A stretch of DNA of 49,175 nt, counting the filler, from Jimgerdemannia flammicorona (Eukaryota): assembly GCA_003990765.1 (NCBI GenBank). It is 2 parts of 2 records of this genome, joined end to end, with 100 filler letters (N's around TTAATTAATTAA, not from the genome) between each part and the next. Parts side by side here need not be neighbours in the genome. Positions count along the whole stretch, not along the records: positions 24,639 to 49,175 come from RBNJ01000963.1; 1 more part is not named here. One strand, 5' to 3'. A program made the position numbers and the translations under genes. Every line of letters starts with the position of its first letter. Position 1 is the first letter of the stretch. Positions 25,535 through 35,998 of this stretch are shown piece after piece. Under the pieces are notes generated by a model. It was not told the origin of the DNA. It worked only from the letters and a program-made list of their open reading frames with translations, and searched no databases.

Positions 25535-25869
25535 ATTGTCCTGCGGTCCTGTCTGGCAGGTTCATTTTCGGCCTCAACAGGTTCCAGCGCGACGCTTTGT
25601 TGGCAAAAAGATCCGACGTTTTTCAGGCAATGACCACCTTTCCTTCATCTGCACAGGGAATTTATTAGCTAGGAAACGCGTCAGATAGGTGACGAGCACC
25701 TTTGTAGTTATTTTTGCAGGTAAATATGCAGGAGGGGTGGATAACATCAAATACATATCATTCAAAAGCTGTATCATTTGCTAAAGTTATGAAATGTGTG
25801 TGGCGTAGAGGTATTATGGATAGCATAACGATGTTCAAAGCTCGCCGCATGGATGTGTGTTGACTAAGT
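25535..25869 (+). repeat. Direct repeat copy 1 (~330 bp), also present at ~28575-28972
   Basis: Seen: gtcctgtctggcagg...aaagatccgac...gggaatttattagctaggaaa...gcatggatgtgtgttg shared, with indels. Confidence 0.9.
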
Positions 25870-25994
25870 TAGCCAAGTATTGAAATTTTTGCAGGCATAT
25901 ATTTGCGTGCGTTACAGACTAAGGGGATAATGATTGATATACTACTATTTGGATATCTGAACACGAGAAGGTACGATGCCATCTGATACAAAAA

Positions 25995-25999
25995 TAAAT

Positions 26000-26030
<31 letters not shown>

Positions 26031-26048
26031 GACCGAGAAACAAACAAA

Positions 26049-26137
<89 letters not shown>
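25995..26137. repeat. (AAT)n microsatellite followed by a ~90-nt poly(A) tract
   Basis: Seen directly. Confidence 0.9.
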
Positions 26138-26138
<1 letters not shown>

Positions 26139-26356
26139 GCTATTTAAGAATTCTGCATGGTGGCCTGTTCCATCCACGCCCATTCTGGCAGTATGGCCCA
26201 GCGACAGGAGTACATATAGCACATAACTTTGCATTCTCTAGCAACTAGCCACCCGAACTATACTACGTCACGCACGCAACCGGCGGCTTGAACAATACCC
26301 TGGTAGACAATCTCATGCACGTTCCCTATTTACACGACGCCCCCGCACGCATCCAT

Positions 26357-26950
26357 TCAAGCGACGACATTAGCATTAGCAACCTTGTCGGCGACGCAAG
26401 CATGGTTATTGTTGACGCAGTAAAATCCTCGCACAGGTTGGCGGCGACATGCATAGGCGAAATTGCAGCATTTCTGGTTGGCGCTGTTGCATGCAGCGTT
26501 GTAGTCGACCACGCAAGGAGCGCAGGCACCGCAAACGATAGGCCCCTAAGCCATAGGGGTACCCATATCCGTAGCCGTCCCATCGCTTGTCGTGAACGGG
26601 GGTCATGTCGCGCTTTTTGAGGTATCCGAGGCCGGCGCAACCGAGTCGCAGGTTCCAAGACAGCCATAAAGGAATTGACCGCAGGGGAAACCGCAAGCAC
26701 CGAGACCGTCGATAAAGAGTCCGTTAGCTGCGAAGGCACCGCAGGGGAAGCAGCAACCGCGGAGTTTGCACGCGTCATCGAGACCGCTCATTCAGGTCGC
26801 GAGTCTGGGCCTCGCTGGTGGGATGGCAGACGCTTAAACACATCGTCATTCTTCTTCTGCATTATAACCAAACCCGGACGCTGAGCTGGCGAACATACCT
26901 TCCACCAGGGCTACCGAAAGAGTCGTGAAGCCTGGAGTGTGATGAATCCT
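26357..26950 (-). pseudogene. Frameshifted gene for a secreted Gly/Cys-rich protein with Kex2-type KR sites
   Basis: Seen after frame correction: hydrophobic leader, intron GTATGT...TAAG (26898-26833), SAIPTSEAQTRDLNER, GCCFPCG/GACGFPCG repeats, YLKKR, HDKRWDGYGYGYPYG, CGACAPC...NNNHACVADKVANANVVA*. Confidence 0.6.
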
Positions 26951-27325
26951 TAGGCAGATAGTTTGCGACCTGGTAGGCGCCAAAGGGGGTGAATGACAAA
27001 TTTGCAGACAGGCGGTCTCTACATTTCCATTATAATAAATTCCACAAACAATCTGAGGATGAGTGGAGATTAGGCCAAGATAGTGAAAGATGGCGGTGGA
27101 TAGTTCTGGCTCTGACTGACCTTATTAACTTTGGCGTCCCGACCGACATGACGAGAATGGCTAGACCCACATCGCTCTCACTGGCTACAAAAAGACCCTG
27201 GTGCCGACCCGAATGTCATATTGAACAGTTGTCGAGTACTGGGTATTTCCTGTGGATACCAAAGACAAGGACGGTTGGACTGCGCAGTTATAATGTCATT
27301 GCCCCCTCCGCCTCATTGAGGTGAA

Positions 27326-27500
27326 GTGTCGCGAACGCGTGAACTCGAAAAATGTTGACACAATCGAAGAATGTTGATGCGAACGCTGGACTCAAAGAAT
27401 GTTGGCGCGAACGCGTGGACTCAAAGAATATTGCCGCGAACGCGTGAACTCGAAGGATGTTGACGCGAACGCGTGGGCTCGAAGGATCTTGACGCGAATG
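27326..27500. repeat. ~27-bp tandem repeat (GCGAACGCGTGAACTCGAAGGATGTTGAC-like)
   Basis: Seen: about 6 degenerate units. Confidence 0.8.
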
Positions 27501-28574
27501 GGGGACACACTGTTCTGGACAAAAACAAACTGCCAACAGTGGGCTTGGGAAAAGGCAGTCCAGACCGGCACATTTTTAAAGTTGGCTTTATTCTTTTAAA
27601 TAATTTTATTTCTAAAATATATATAATTATGTATATTACAAAACGGTTGACAACGACCCAGTCGGAATCTAGTCGGAAACGGCGGGTTTCGCCCTTGCTT
27701 AAGGGGCTCATCAGTTGGCTATAAAAGCAACCAAGACCTACCGTGGGTGCAAGTAAGCTCTCACTAGAGAACTCCATTGCAGAGCCACTGGCGGCCCAAA
27801 AATGTGAGTACTTCGGTCAAGTGTAAAATAGTGCTCAAAGTGAAGAAATAGTTTAACTACTTATCTTAACAGTGAGTTCAACCTGCCGCAAGGAGTTCGA
27901 GGTATTTATCGGGTGTCCGATTTTTTGCGCCATCTCATTGGTGGTGACGTCTTTCAATTAAAACTGTGACGAATTACAAAGCCACAGAACCACGCCACAA
28001 TAGTACCAATCGAGAATGTGCGTAAAACCATCTTATACAATTGCCTATGAGTGTGTAAAACTGAATTTCTATTGTTGTTTTAAGTGATCTAAATTCAATA
28101 TAGTGATATAGAATATACTACTATTATTAAATGACATTATACAGTCGTTGTTCTATAAAGCTGTAAGAAGACTATTATATAGTTACTACCTTAACAGGAC
28201 CCGTGCATAGTGAAAGGTCCATGTTCACGGTGTTGGATTGTCTGGTCCAAATGCAGCACTATAGTCCCGTAGAAGTCGACGCCCAAAATGGTCGACCGAG
28301 CAGGGTTTATGTCCTTCGTCTTCCAGGCCGTCACGGGATTCGTGTAACCAGAATATGGAGATCCTTCCGTGCTTAGACTTGGGTGCAGGGGTACTCTTAG
28401 GGAAATTCGGCAAAAAACGTGTGGTTGGATCCTTTAGGAATAAGTATGAACGGTTGGGTGTAGGTGCCTGCGCCAGCTCTTGCTTGGGAATAATTGTCTG
28501 ATGATTGGGAATTCTATGGCTAATACGAAAAGGTTCAGGCATATAAACGTCGCATTCGTCTTGTAGTATATACA

Positions 28575-28972
28575 TTGTTGTCCTGCAGTCCTGTCTGGCA
28601 GGCCCATTTTTGGCCCAACAGGTTCCAGCGCGATGCTTTACATAAGAAATTCGTTAGCAAAGACGTCGCAAAAGATCCGACATTTTTCAGGCAATGACCA
28701 CCCTTCCTTCATCTGCACAGGGAATTTATTAGCTAGGAAATGCGTCAGATAGGTGACAAAGAAGAAGGCACCTTTGATATCTATGTAATTACGTAACGTA
28801 GTTATTTTTGCAGGCAAATATGCAGGAGGGGTGGATAACATGCGTTCTCAGATATATATATATATATCATTCAAAAGCTGTATCATTTGCTAAAGTTATG
28901 AAACGTGTATGGCGTATTATGGCTAGCATAATGATGTTCAAAGCTCACCGCATGGATGTGTGTTGGCTAAGT
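28575..28972 (+). repeat. Direct repeat copy 2
   Basis: Seen: homologous to 25535-25869. Confidence 0.9.
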
Positions 28973-28979
28973 AGCCGCT

Positions 28980-30090
28980 CACAACAGTTCCGACATACAG
29001 AGGATCCAGCTCGGTCAAGGCCATGTTCTGCTTCAGAGACTCAGCTAGGGCGCGTGCCTCCTCGTCGCCGATGCCGTTGTCTGAACATGAATAAGGGATG
29101 GATGAGCAAACACGCACAGATCGTTAGCTTGATTCCATCATGCAGCCGCACACAATGCTTCACACAGTTCTGACATACATTCGAGATTCGGCGTGGCCAA
29201 GGTCGTGTTCTGCTTCAGAGACTCGACTATGGCGCGTGCCCCCTCGTAGCCGATGCTGTTCCCTGAACATAAACAGGGGATGGATGAGCAAACACGCACA
29301 GATCGTTAGCTTGATTCCATCACGCAGCCGCACACAATGCTTCACACAGTTCCGACATACCTCCGAGATTCAGCGTGGTCAAGGTCGTGTTCTGTTTCAG
29401 AGACTCGGTATGGCACGTGCTTCCTCGTCGCCGATGCTGTTCCCTAAGCATAAAACAGGGGATGGATGAGCGAACATGCACATATCGTGAGATTAATCCC
29501 ATCGCGCAGCTGCACACCATACTTCCCAGTTCCGACATACTTCGGAGATCCAGCGTGGTCAAGGTCATGTTCTGCTTCGAGACTCGGCTAGGGCGCGTGC
29601 CCCCTCATCGCCGATGCTGTTGACCAAACATGAACAGGGGATGGATGAGCGAACACGCACAGATCGCGAGCTTGATTCCATCGCGCAGCTGCACACAATA
29701 CGTCACACAGTTTCGACATACAGAGTCGTCAAGGTCGTGTTTTGCTTCAGTGACTCAGCTAAGGCGCGTGCCCCCTCGTGGAGAAAAGAGGATGGATGAG
29801 CAAACACGCACAGATCGTGAACTCGATTCCATTGTGCAGCTGCACACAATGCTTCACACAGTTCCGACATATGTTCGAGAGTCAGCATAGTCAAGGTTGT
29901 GTTCTGCTTCAGAGACTCGGCTAGGGCGCGTGCCCCCTCGCCGCCGATGCTGTTCCCTGAACATGAACAGAGGATGGATGAGGGAACACGCACAGATCGT
30001 GAGCTTGATTCCATCTCACAGCTGCACACAATGCTTCACATACTTTCGACATGCTTTCGAGATTCAGCGTCAGAGACTCGGCTAGGAACA
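28980..30090 (-). pseudogene. RI-like/NLRC3-type 28-aa LRR array, one 84-bp exon per ~181-bp exon+intron unit (~7 units)
   Basis: Seen: NSIGGEGARALAESLKQNTTLTTLDL repeats, each followed by a GTATGT donor and preceded by a (C/T)AG acceptor; some units partly deleted. Confidence 0.85.
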
Positions 30091-30460
30091 ATTTCACGAC
30101 TTCGACGTGCCCACAAACCGCGGCATAGCACAGCAGCATCCATCCCTTCTTCTTGGCGTTAGCGTCCGCCCCGAACTCAGCCACGAGCAGCCTCACGACT
30201 TCGATGTACCCTCAATTCGCAGCCATGTGCAGTAGCGTCCATCCGTCAATGTTCTTGGCATTGGCGTCCGCCCCGAACACGGCTATGAGTACGATTATGA
30301 ACTCGACATGCCCGCTTTCTGCGGCGCGGTGCACTGGCGTGTTATCTTTCTTGTCCTTTGCATCGGCGTTTGCTTTGAATTCGAATACTAGTAATTCGAA
30401 CACGTTTATGTGGCTTTTCTCGGCAGCTAGGTGCACCGGAGTCCGACTTGGCTGTCCTTC
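30091..30460 (-). pseudogene. Ankyrin repeats (~4)
   Basis: Seen: TPVHLAAEKSHINVFELLV, NTPVHRAAESGHVEFI...GADANAKNIDGWTLLHMAA, CYAAVCGHVEVVKL. Confidence 0.9.
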
Positions 30461-30589
30461 AATTCAACTTTGGCGTTGGGTTGATTGAGTAGTGATTGGA
30501 TCAATGGCGATGAACAGCGGAAGAGAAAGATCAATTTGATCGACCGCGAATTTGTAATAACATTGATTCCAATACTCCGTTTTATTTTT

Positions 30590-30860
30590 GTTCTTCTCAA
30601 CGCCATCGCCTGTTCTATAGCAACTTAAACCTTCTTTTGTGCTCTTTTGTCGCCAGCTTCTGCAGCTTTCAAGTGCCTTGTCTAAGTCAACGCCACTCTT
30701 CCTTCCTCGTAAAAAACAACAAGGGTTAACTGCGCTTCTATATGTCCATTCATCCCAGATTTAGTGCACCACTCATTCTGCTTCTCTAGATCATTTGCAA
30801 CGCCGAAGCCTACACTGTAACATAGTGCAGTATAAAACTGTATCTCCGAATCGTTCCACA
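30590..30860 (-). pseudogene. Sel1-like (TPR) repeats, frameshifted
   Basis: Seen: QFYTALCYSVGFGVANDLEK..EWCTKSGMNGHIEAQ and LKAAEAGDKRAQ. Confidence 0.7.
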
Positions 30861-30899
30861 TGCCGATAGCGGAATTTCATCATCGCCAAACTGGGGAAG

Positions 30900-31800
30900 T
30901 CACGTAGTCACGGAACCTTGAATGAGTTCATTTAGCCAACTCTGTTGCCAAAGTTTGTGTAAATTGTTCTCTGTAGATAATGCCAATGTAGTTATTTGAT
31001 CCAAAGACCTCTTTGCGAGCGCTGCTGAAAAGGGAATCTCAAATACCCTTAACTGGCCAAGCAACGATTTAAGACTATCATCCAGGTAATCAAAGCTATA
31101 CTGGATGCGGGTGTCAACCGAATCGTAACGATCTCCAAAAATATCTGTTGCACTCCGTAACCGGTCGCTGAAGTTGCCGTTGAATTGGTCAACAAGTTCC
31201 ATGCAGTTGTTGAGATACCTCCAAGACGAATCGATAATAGATGACCGCCTGCGAGACGACTAATATTCATTGCATTATCATTGTTGATGTTATTTAAACG
31301 TTGATATGCCCATTGCCGGAAAACCTGCACGCTGTCATGTGGTTCTAAGCCATTCAACTCGATAAATTCCTCATTAGGCCAGCCAAGTGCAATTCTTGAT
31401 GTCGCGAGAATTTTGATGTTCTTCAAAGATATCGCATCCTTTTTGGTCGCTGGGTCTCCTTGTTCGGTTGCGTGTCTGAGATCTTCCATATTTTCAAGAT
31501 AAACCAGCATAGCCCCTCCCCGTTCTAACTTGGCCATCACTGTATTTTGTCGAATTTTAGGATCCCGAGACTTTTCGATGTCGATGTTGAGAAATCTGGC
31601 AATTGTTGAGATTACTGAACCAGAGCTTGGGTTTCCAACAAGGGATATCACCAAAACTCTGCCAGAGTCGAATTTATTGGCCGCTTGAACTGCCAATGCC
31701 GTTTACCCATTCCACCAAACCCGCGAATGGTGATATAGCGAGTTTTCTGTCACTCAGTAGTTCTTCCAAATTTTGAAGCTGCTGACGTCCCATATGTGTT
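30900..31800 (-). pseudogene. NB-ARC/STAND ATPase B
   Basis: Seen: YITIRGFGGMGK[T]ALA (Walker A, 1-bp deletion), MLVYLENMED (Walker B), KILATSR, ELNGLEPHDSVQVF, AGGHLLSIRL (GxP-like), SFDYLDDSLKSLLGQLRVF (winged helix). Confidence 0.85.
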
Positions 31801-32599
31801 GGCGTTGCCAAAATTTATGTCCGTTACCGGTTGGTTCCCATTGCCGACTTTAGTTTGGTGAATGAAAAGCATCTTTGTCAGTGAGCGATTCCTATTAGTT
31901 TCCCCGGCGCATATTCTATACAAAATTTCCGCAGTATTTGAGGGCTATAGATAATGTCTAGCAGTTTGTGTATTCAAATAAGCAGTTAGATGGTGGTATT
32001 ACGAGTTTTCATTTTTTCTAAAAATCGTCGCTCAGGGAGTGGAATAGACTGCAACTCACTGAGGGAGATTCTGCCCTAATTATAAAGCGCGTCTTCTCCA
32101 GACCAGACCGCAAAGTCTCCATGGATTTCTTCATCAGACCAATATTCTTTTTGGCATTTGTGGTAGATCGTTTGGCGAGATTGGTATCGGTATGATACAC
32201 ACACAGTATGACGGCGATTTCTTTTCTGTCACAATCGGTATAATGTGCTCCATGCAGAACTTAGGAAAGCTATTGTGATGCTTTACAACCAATCCACCAA
32301 ATAAAATTTGCTTCTGCACGCCATCAATTTTGCGTTGGCACCAGAAATGTCGACAATTTCGTAGTATTGTACGCCATAAGTCTTGTTCTTCACTTCACTA
32401 CGTACATGGTCTTGGATACTTCGGAGTTGCCATTCGAGCACCATGGAAGAAAAATCAAAAGATGAAAAAAAAGTGCACAGAGGATAATTGAATGACCGCA
32501 TTTCATTTTCATTACTCACCATGTTTTGATGGCTTGGTAAAGCCAATTACAAACGTGTCCTCATATACGCCGAGTATCAGCAAAGTCAGTCGCAGTTTC

Positions 32600-33640
32600 A
32601 TCACAGAATTGTACTCTCTCACACCTTCCCTAACAGCGACATGGATCTTGTATTCATCATCTCTTTTCGACAACAACTTCATATCGCATAGTTGCTGCAG
32701 GGTTTCATTACTACAATTACCCTTTCTGATGACGAACAAATGAAGTTGACAAAATAACATACGAAAGCGAGAACCCTTTCAGCGATTGGTCCGGTAAAGA
32801 GAGAACACATACAAAGTAGCAGGCGGTGCTGGGTTGGAAGCTCGCCGATGGTTGTTGGAAACGGGGTTCGAGGCTTTTACTGCCATGTGAGCCATCCGCG
32901 AGCATTGTACTGAAGTTTTCAAGAGCGAGTTTTTTAAGTGATGCACCCTGATGTTGTGGTTTGCTGATGGCTTGACCAAGGATTCCAAAAAGTGGATACC
33001 CGCCTACGGTCGTGTAGCAACTGCATGATATTTGCTTTCTTCTCCATCCTTTGCCTCACTTGCGGAACAAGATTTCGAATGAACAACCTGACGCCTCTCT
33101 CAATGTCCAAGTCAGTAAAAACCATCGAGAGTCATCACGCCCTCCTCTGCTATCCACCATAGTCGCTGGTGCGATGTCGCAAGATTCTTACTGAGATCCC
33201 TAGTATCGACATAATTTTCTGAAGCCAGTTTACCAATGCTACAGCGTCTTCATCGCCTTTGACATGTGCGCGCTTCAAGACATCGGCTTGATCAAGGACC
33301 AACAAACTCGTCGGATGAGGCTGTGAAAGTCATTACCGAAATCTTCCTGGAACATGACTTGACTCAGACGCTGAAGATATTCGATGACCGATACCTCATA
33401 CGAAGGATCGAATCGCCAAGCGAAGATCCCACCGGGGAAGAGATACGCCATCCACCTAACTGCCTTCTCAGCCAACGTCGTTTACCTTGACCGGCAATAC
33501 CTTCAATGATGCACATAGGACGAGTTTGTGTCCCTCTTTTGCCATGCGCTTCAAAACGTGGGTTATCCCGATAAGCTTCTCCTTGCGTCCGCAAAAAAAT
33601 CGCGTGAAAGAGATCTCTTCGAGGTTGTTAGGGGGCATTT
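32600..33640 (-). pseudogene. NB-ARC/STAND ATPase A
   Basis: Seen across frameshifts: NNLEEISFTRFFCGRKEKL, CIIEGIAGQGK[T]TLAEKAV..LFPGG, LVLDQADVLKRAHVKGDEDAVAL, RILATSH, GVRLF, VGGYPL, LQQLCDMKLL...YKIHVAVRE. Confidence 0.8.
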
Positions 33641-33699
33641 GGGCTTCGATCGTGGGCTTGCCCGACTCGCACTTGAACGCGCCATCATCCTCCCGAAAC

Positions 33700-33930
33700 G
33701 TGGATGAGTAGAGCAGAGCACCATGGCACCGGGGAAGTAGTCGTGTTGTCGGGTGTCTTTTGGGTCTTTCATGGAGGCGCGCGTTTCCAACATCACCTTT
33801 TCGGCTGTGCAGCCGCTGGCAAGGCACTGATAGAATTTGTACTCGAATTTCCGGGTGGGCAGGGGGCAGTGTGAACCGATGGTGTATGGAATGCCGTTTT
33901 CAACCAGGTCTCGGGCGACATGACGAGTAT
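33700..33930 (-). pseudogene. C-terminal half of a CHAT (caspase-like) domain, upstream of NB-ARC A
   Basis: Seen: TRHVARDLVENGIPYTIG...FEYKFYQCLASG..AEKVMLETR...FPGAMVL, which fits the post-catalytic-Cys CHAT consensus (my pattern match). Confidence 0.65.
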
Positions 33931-34390
33931 CTCAACGGCGACCACGACCTCGATGCCATCCCCTGGGAGTACGCTTGGGGAAACAACACGCCTCTGTCGA
34001 ATAATGCGGAGCTGAAAAACCATGGGCATTTGACCAACAAGTTCGTTTACAGACAGAAGATTCCTCAATTATCGGAACTTCAGCGACTTCCACTGCGCAT
34101 AGTCACCGTCGTACCGGACCCCATCATCCCGCCGAGCGATCCCAACGCGAACCAATTTCCATATGTGATGCATACGAGAAAAATAATCGAGCGTTATTAC
34201 TGCAGCCGACCGTCGACCAAATATACGAGTTGCTTAGGAGAAATCCTGAGATGGCCACGGTGCTTCATTTCATGGGACACTGTAGATCGCAGAACAACGG
34301 TGCGAGGGCACTCATCTTTGAAGATCAAGATACAGGCGGCCCCGACTTCGCTGATGCGTTGCACCTTAAGCGTTTCTGTCTGCCTGTAGA
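33931..34390 (+). pseudogene. N-terminal half of a CHAT domain, in inverted orientation
   Basis: Seen: LDAIPWEYAW, PLRIVTVVPDP, PTVDQIYELL, VLHFMGHC (catalytic His motif), ALIFED; ends at AT-rich relic DNA. Confidence 0.8.
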
Positions 34391-35998
34391 TTTCTTAAGA
34401 TCTTTTATAAGATTGTCAGTATCAATGAACAGAGTATCTCATCTACTATAGATCTTATGTATACTATATATTAAGAATCTCTTAAGCTAAAGAAACTCAA
34501 TATTAATCTACTTATTATTAAAGTGATCAGTAGCTACTATCTCAATAGTAGAAATATACATAGTATCTCTTTATAGCCTCTATCTTAATAAACTAAATAT
34601 TCTTACTTAATCTCTTACAAATATTACTTGTCTTTATATATTATAGATATAATTAAAACTATTGAAAAGTATTTTGTTGATAATAATAATACTATTTTTT
34701 AAGATTATAATTATCTATACTTTAGTCACACTTTGTTATAGTATATTTTTATATTTTTATATTTTTTCTCTAGTTTTTTCTTATCTTTTCTTGAATATTC
34801 AACAATATTCTACTATCTTCTAAATACTTAGAAATCCTCTCTTAGTACCAAGACTTCATTAGAACATTTTTATCTTTTCTTAGTATAAAGTATCTTATCT
34901 TAGCTAGTTATAAAATCTTTTAAAACATTATAGAACTTTATATATTAGTTATTTTTGCTAAGAACTACTTTCTTGGTTTTTTTTTATCTCTAAGATCCTT
35001 CTGAATCTTTCTTTCAGATCTTGTATAAATATCTTCTTTTTCTACTTAAATAAAGCTTAGAATACTTTCTTTAGAAATTCTTCAAAATTACTTAAATCTA
35101 TAAGTATCTCTTTAAGCTACTTTAGGTCTACTAGAACTTTTCAGATTTAGTTACTTTTTTAAAGAAACTAGAACTATTATACTTAAGAGTTAATTTTTAT
35201 TACTTCTTTATAAATATCTCTAAGCTTTTCTTAAAAGAAGATTAATACTTTCTGAATTTATAGTTATAGATTTTGATCTATTTATAAAATTCTTCTTTAT
35301 TACTTTAGTATTACTAAATTTTATTTAAATTTATTAATATTAAATAGCTAAAGATAGTTACTACTATTTTTAAATTAGTTATCAGATTTTTAATATTATA
35401 TTTACTAAAATTATATAAGTATAGGAGTATATATTAAGAATTTCAAATATTTTAAAGTTTTAAATTTCTCAGAAATAAGTTATTTTTTATTTAATACTTA
35501 TATATGTTTTTTATAAATATAAATATAGTAAACTAATATATATCTAATTTAGACTAGCCAAGTTGGCTTAGATATATAAAATAATTAAAACTAAACTAAA
35601 GTGACTCAGATATAATTAAAACTATATTATATTATATAATTATTTTATATAAATTACTAAATAGCTTTAGTTATTTTTTTTTTTAAAAATCAAACTATAT
35701 TTATAGCTATATATAATATATATAAAAGAATATCTCTTAAGTTTAAAGAATACCTCTAGCTGAAGGTTATATATAGCTAATATTGTTAAAGATTTTAAAT
35801 CCTTTAACCAGAAGTTTTTTTTATAAAATAATTCTTGAAGCTAATTAATATATAAAATCTGAACTATATGATCTTCTAACAGATATTTGTAGATATCAGT
35901 CTCAGAGACTAACAAAGAGCTTATATATAATCAATACTATTAAAATATATGAGAAGACTGTATACTTATAGTAACAGAATCATAGATAGTATAGTAAT
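34391..35998. other. Extremely AT-rich, CpG-free relic DNA (unidentifiable decayed TE)
   Basis: Seen: abrupt compositional switch at ~34390, TA-rich, no ORFs in the track. Confidence 0.55.

Noticed and set aside
25869..26248. Poly-Phe and poly-Lys ORFs
   Set aside because: Translations of the (AAT)n and poly(A) tract; no coding evidence.
26603..26791. PLAC8-like Cys-rich ORF (GCCFPCG)
   Set aside because: Better explained as one frame of the frameshifted secreted Gly/Cys-rich gene.
28980..30090. Regularly spaced repeats as a CRISPR array
   Set aside because: Whole 181-bp units repeat with no unique spacers; they translate to LRR exons with GT-AG introns.
32934..33125. Resemblance of GVRLFIRNLVPQVRQRMEKK to TRAPP subunit Trs85/TRAPPC8
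   Set aside because: Flanking Walker A/B, ILATS and GGYPL motifs place it within an NB-ARC domain.
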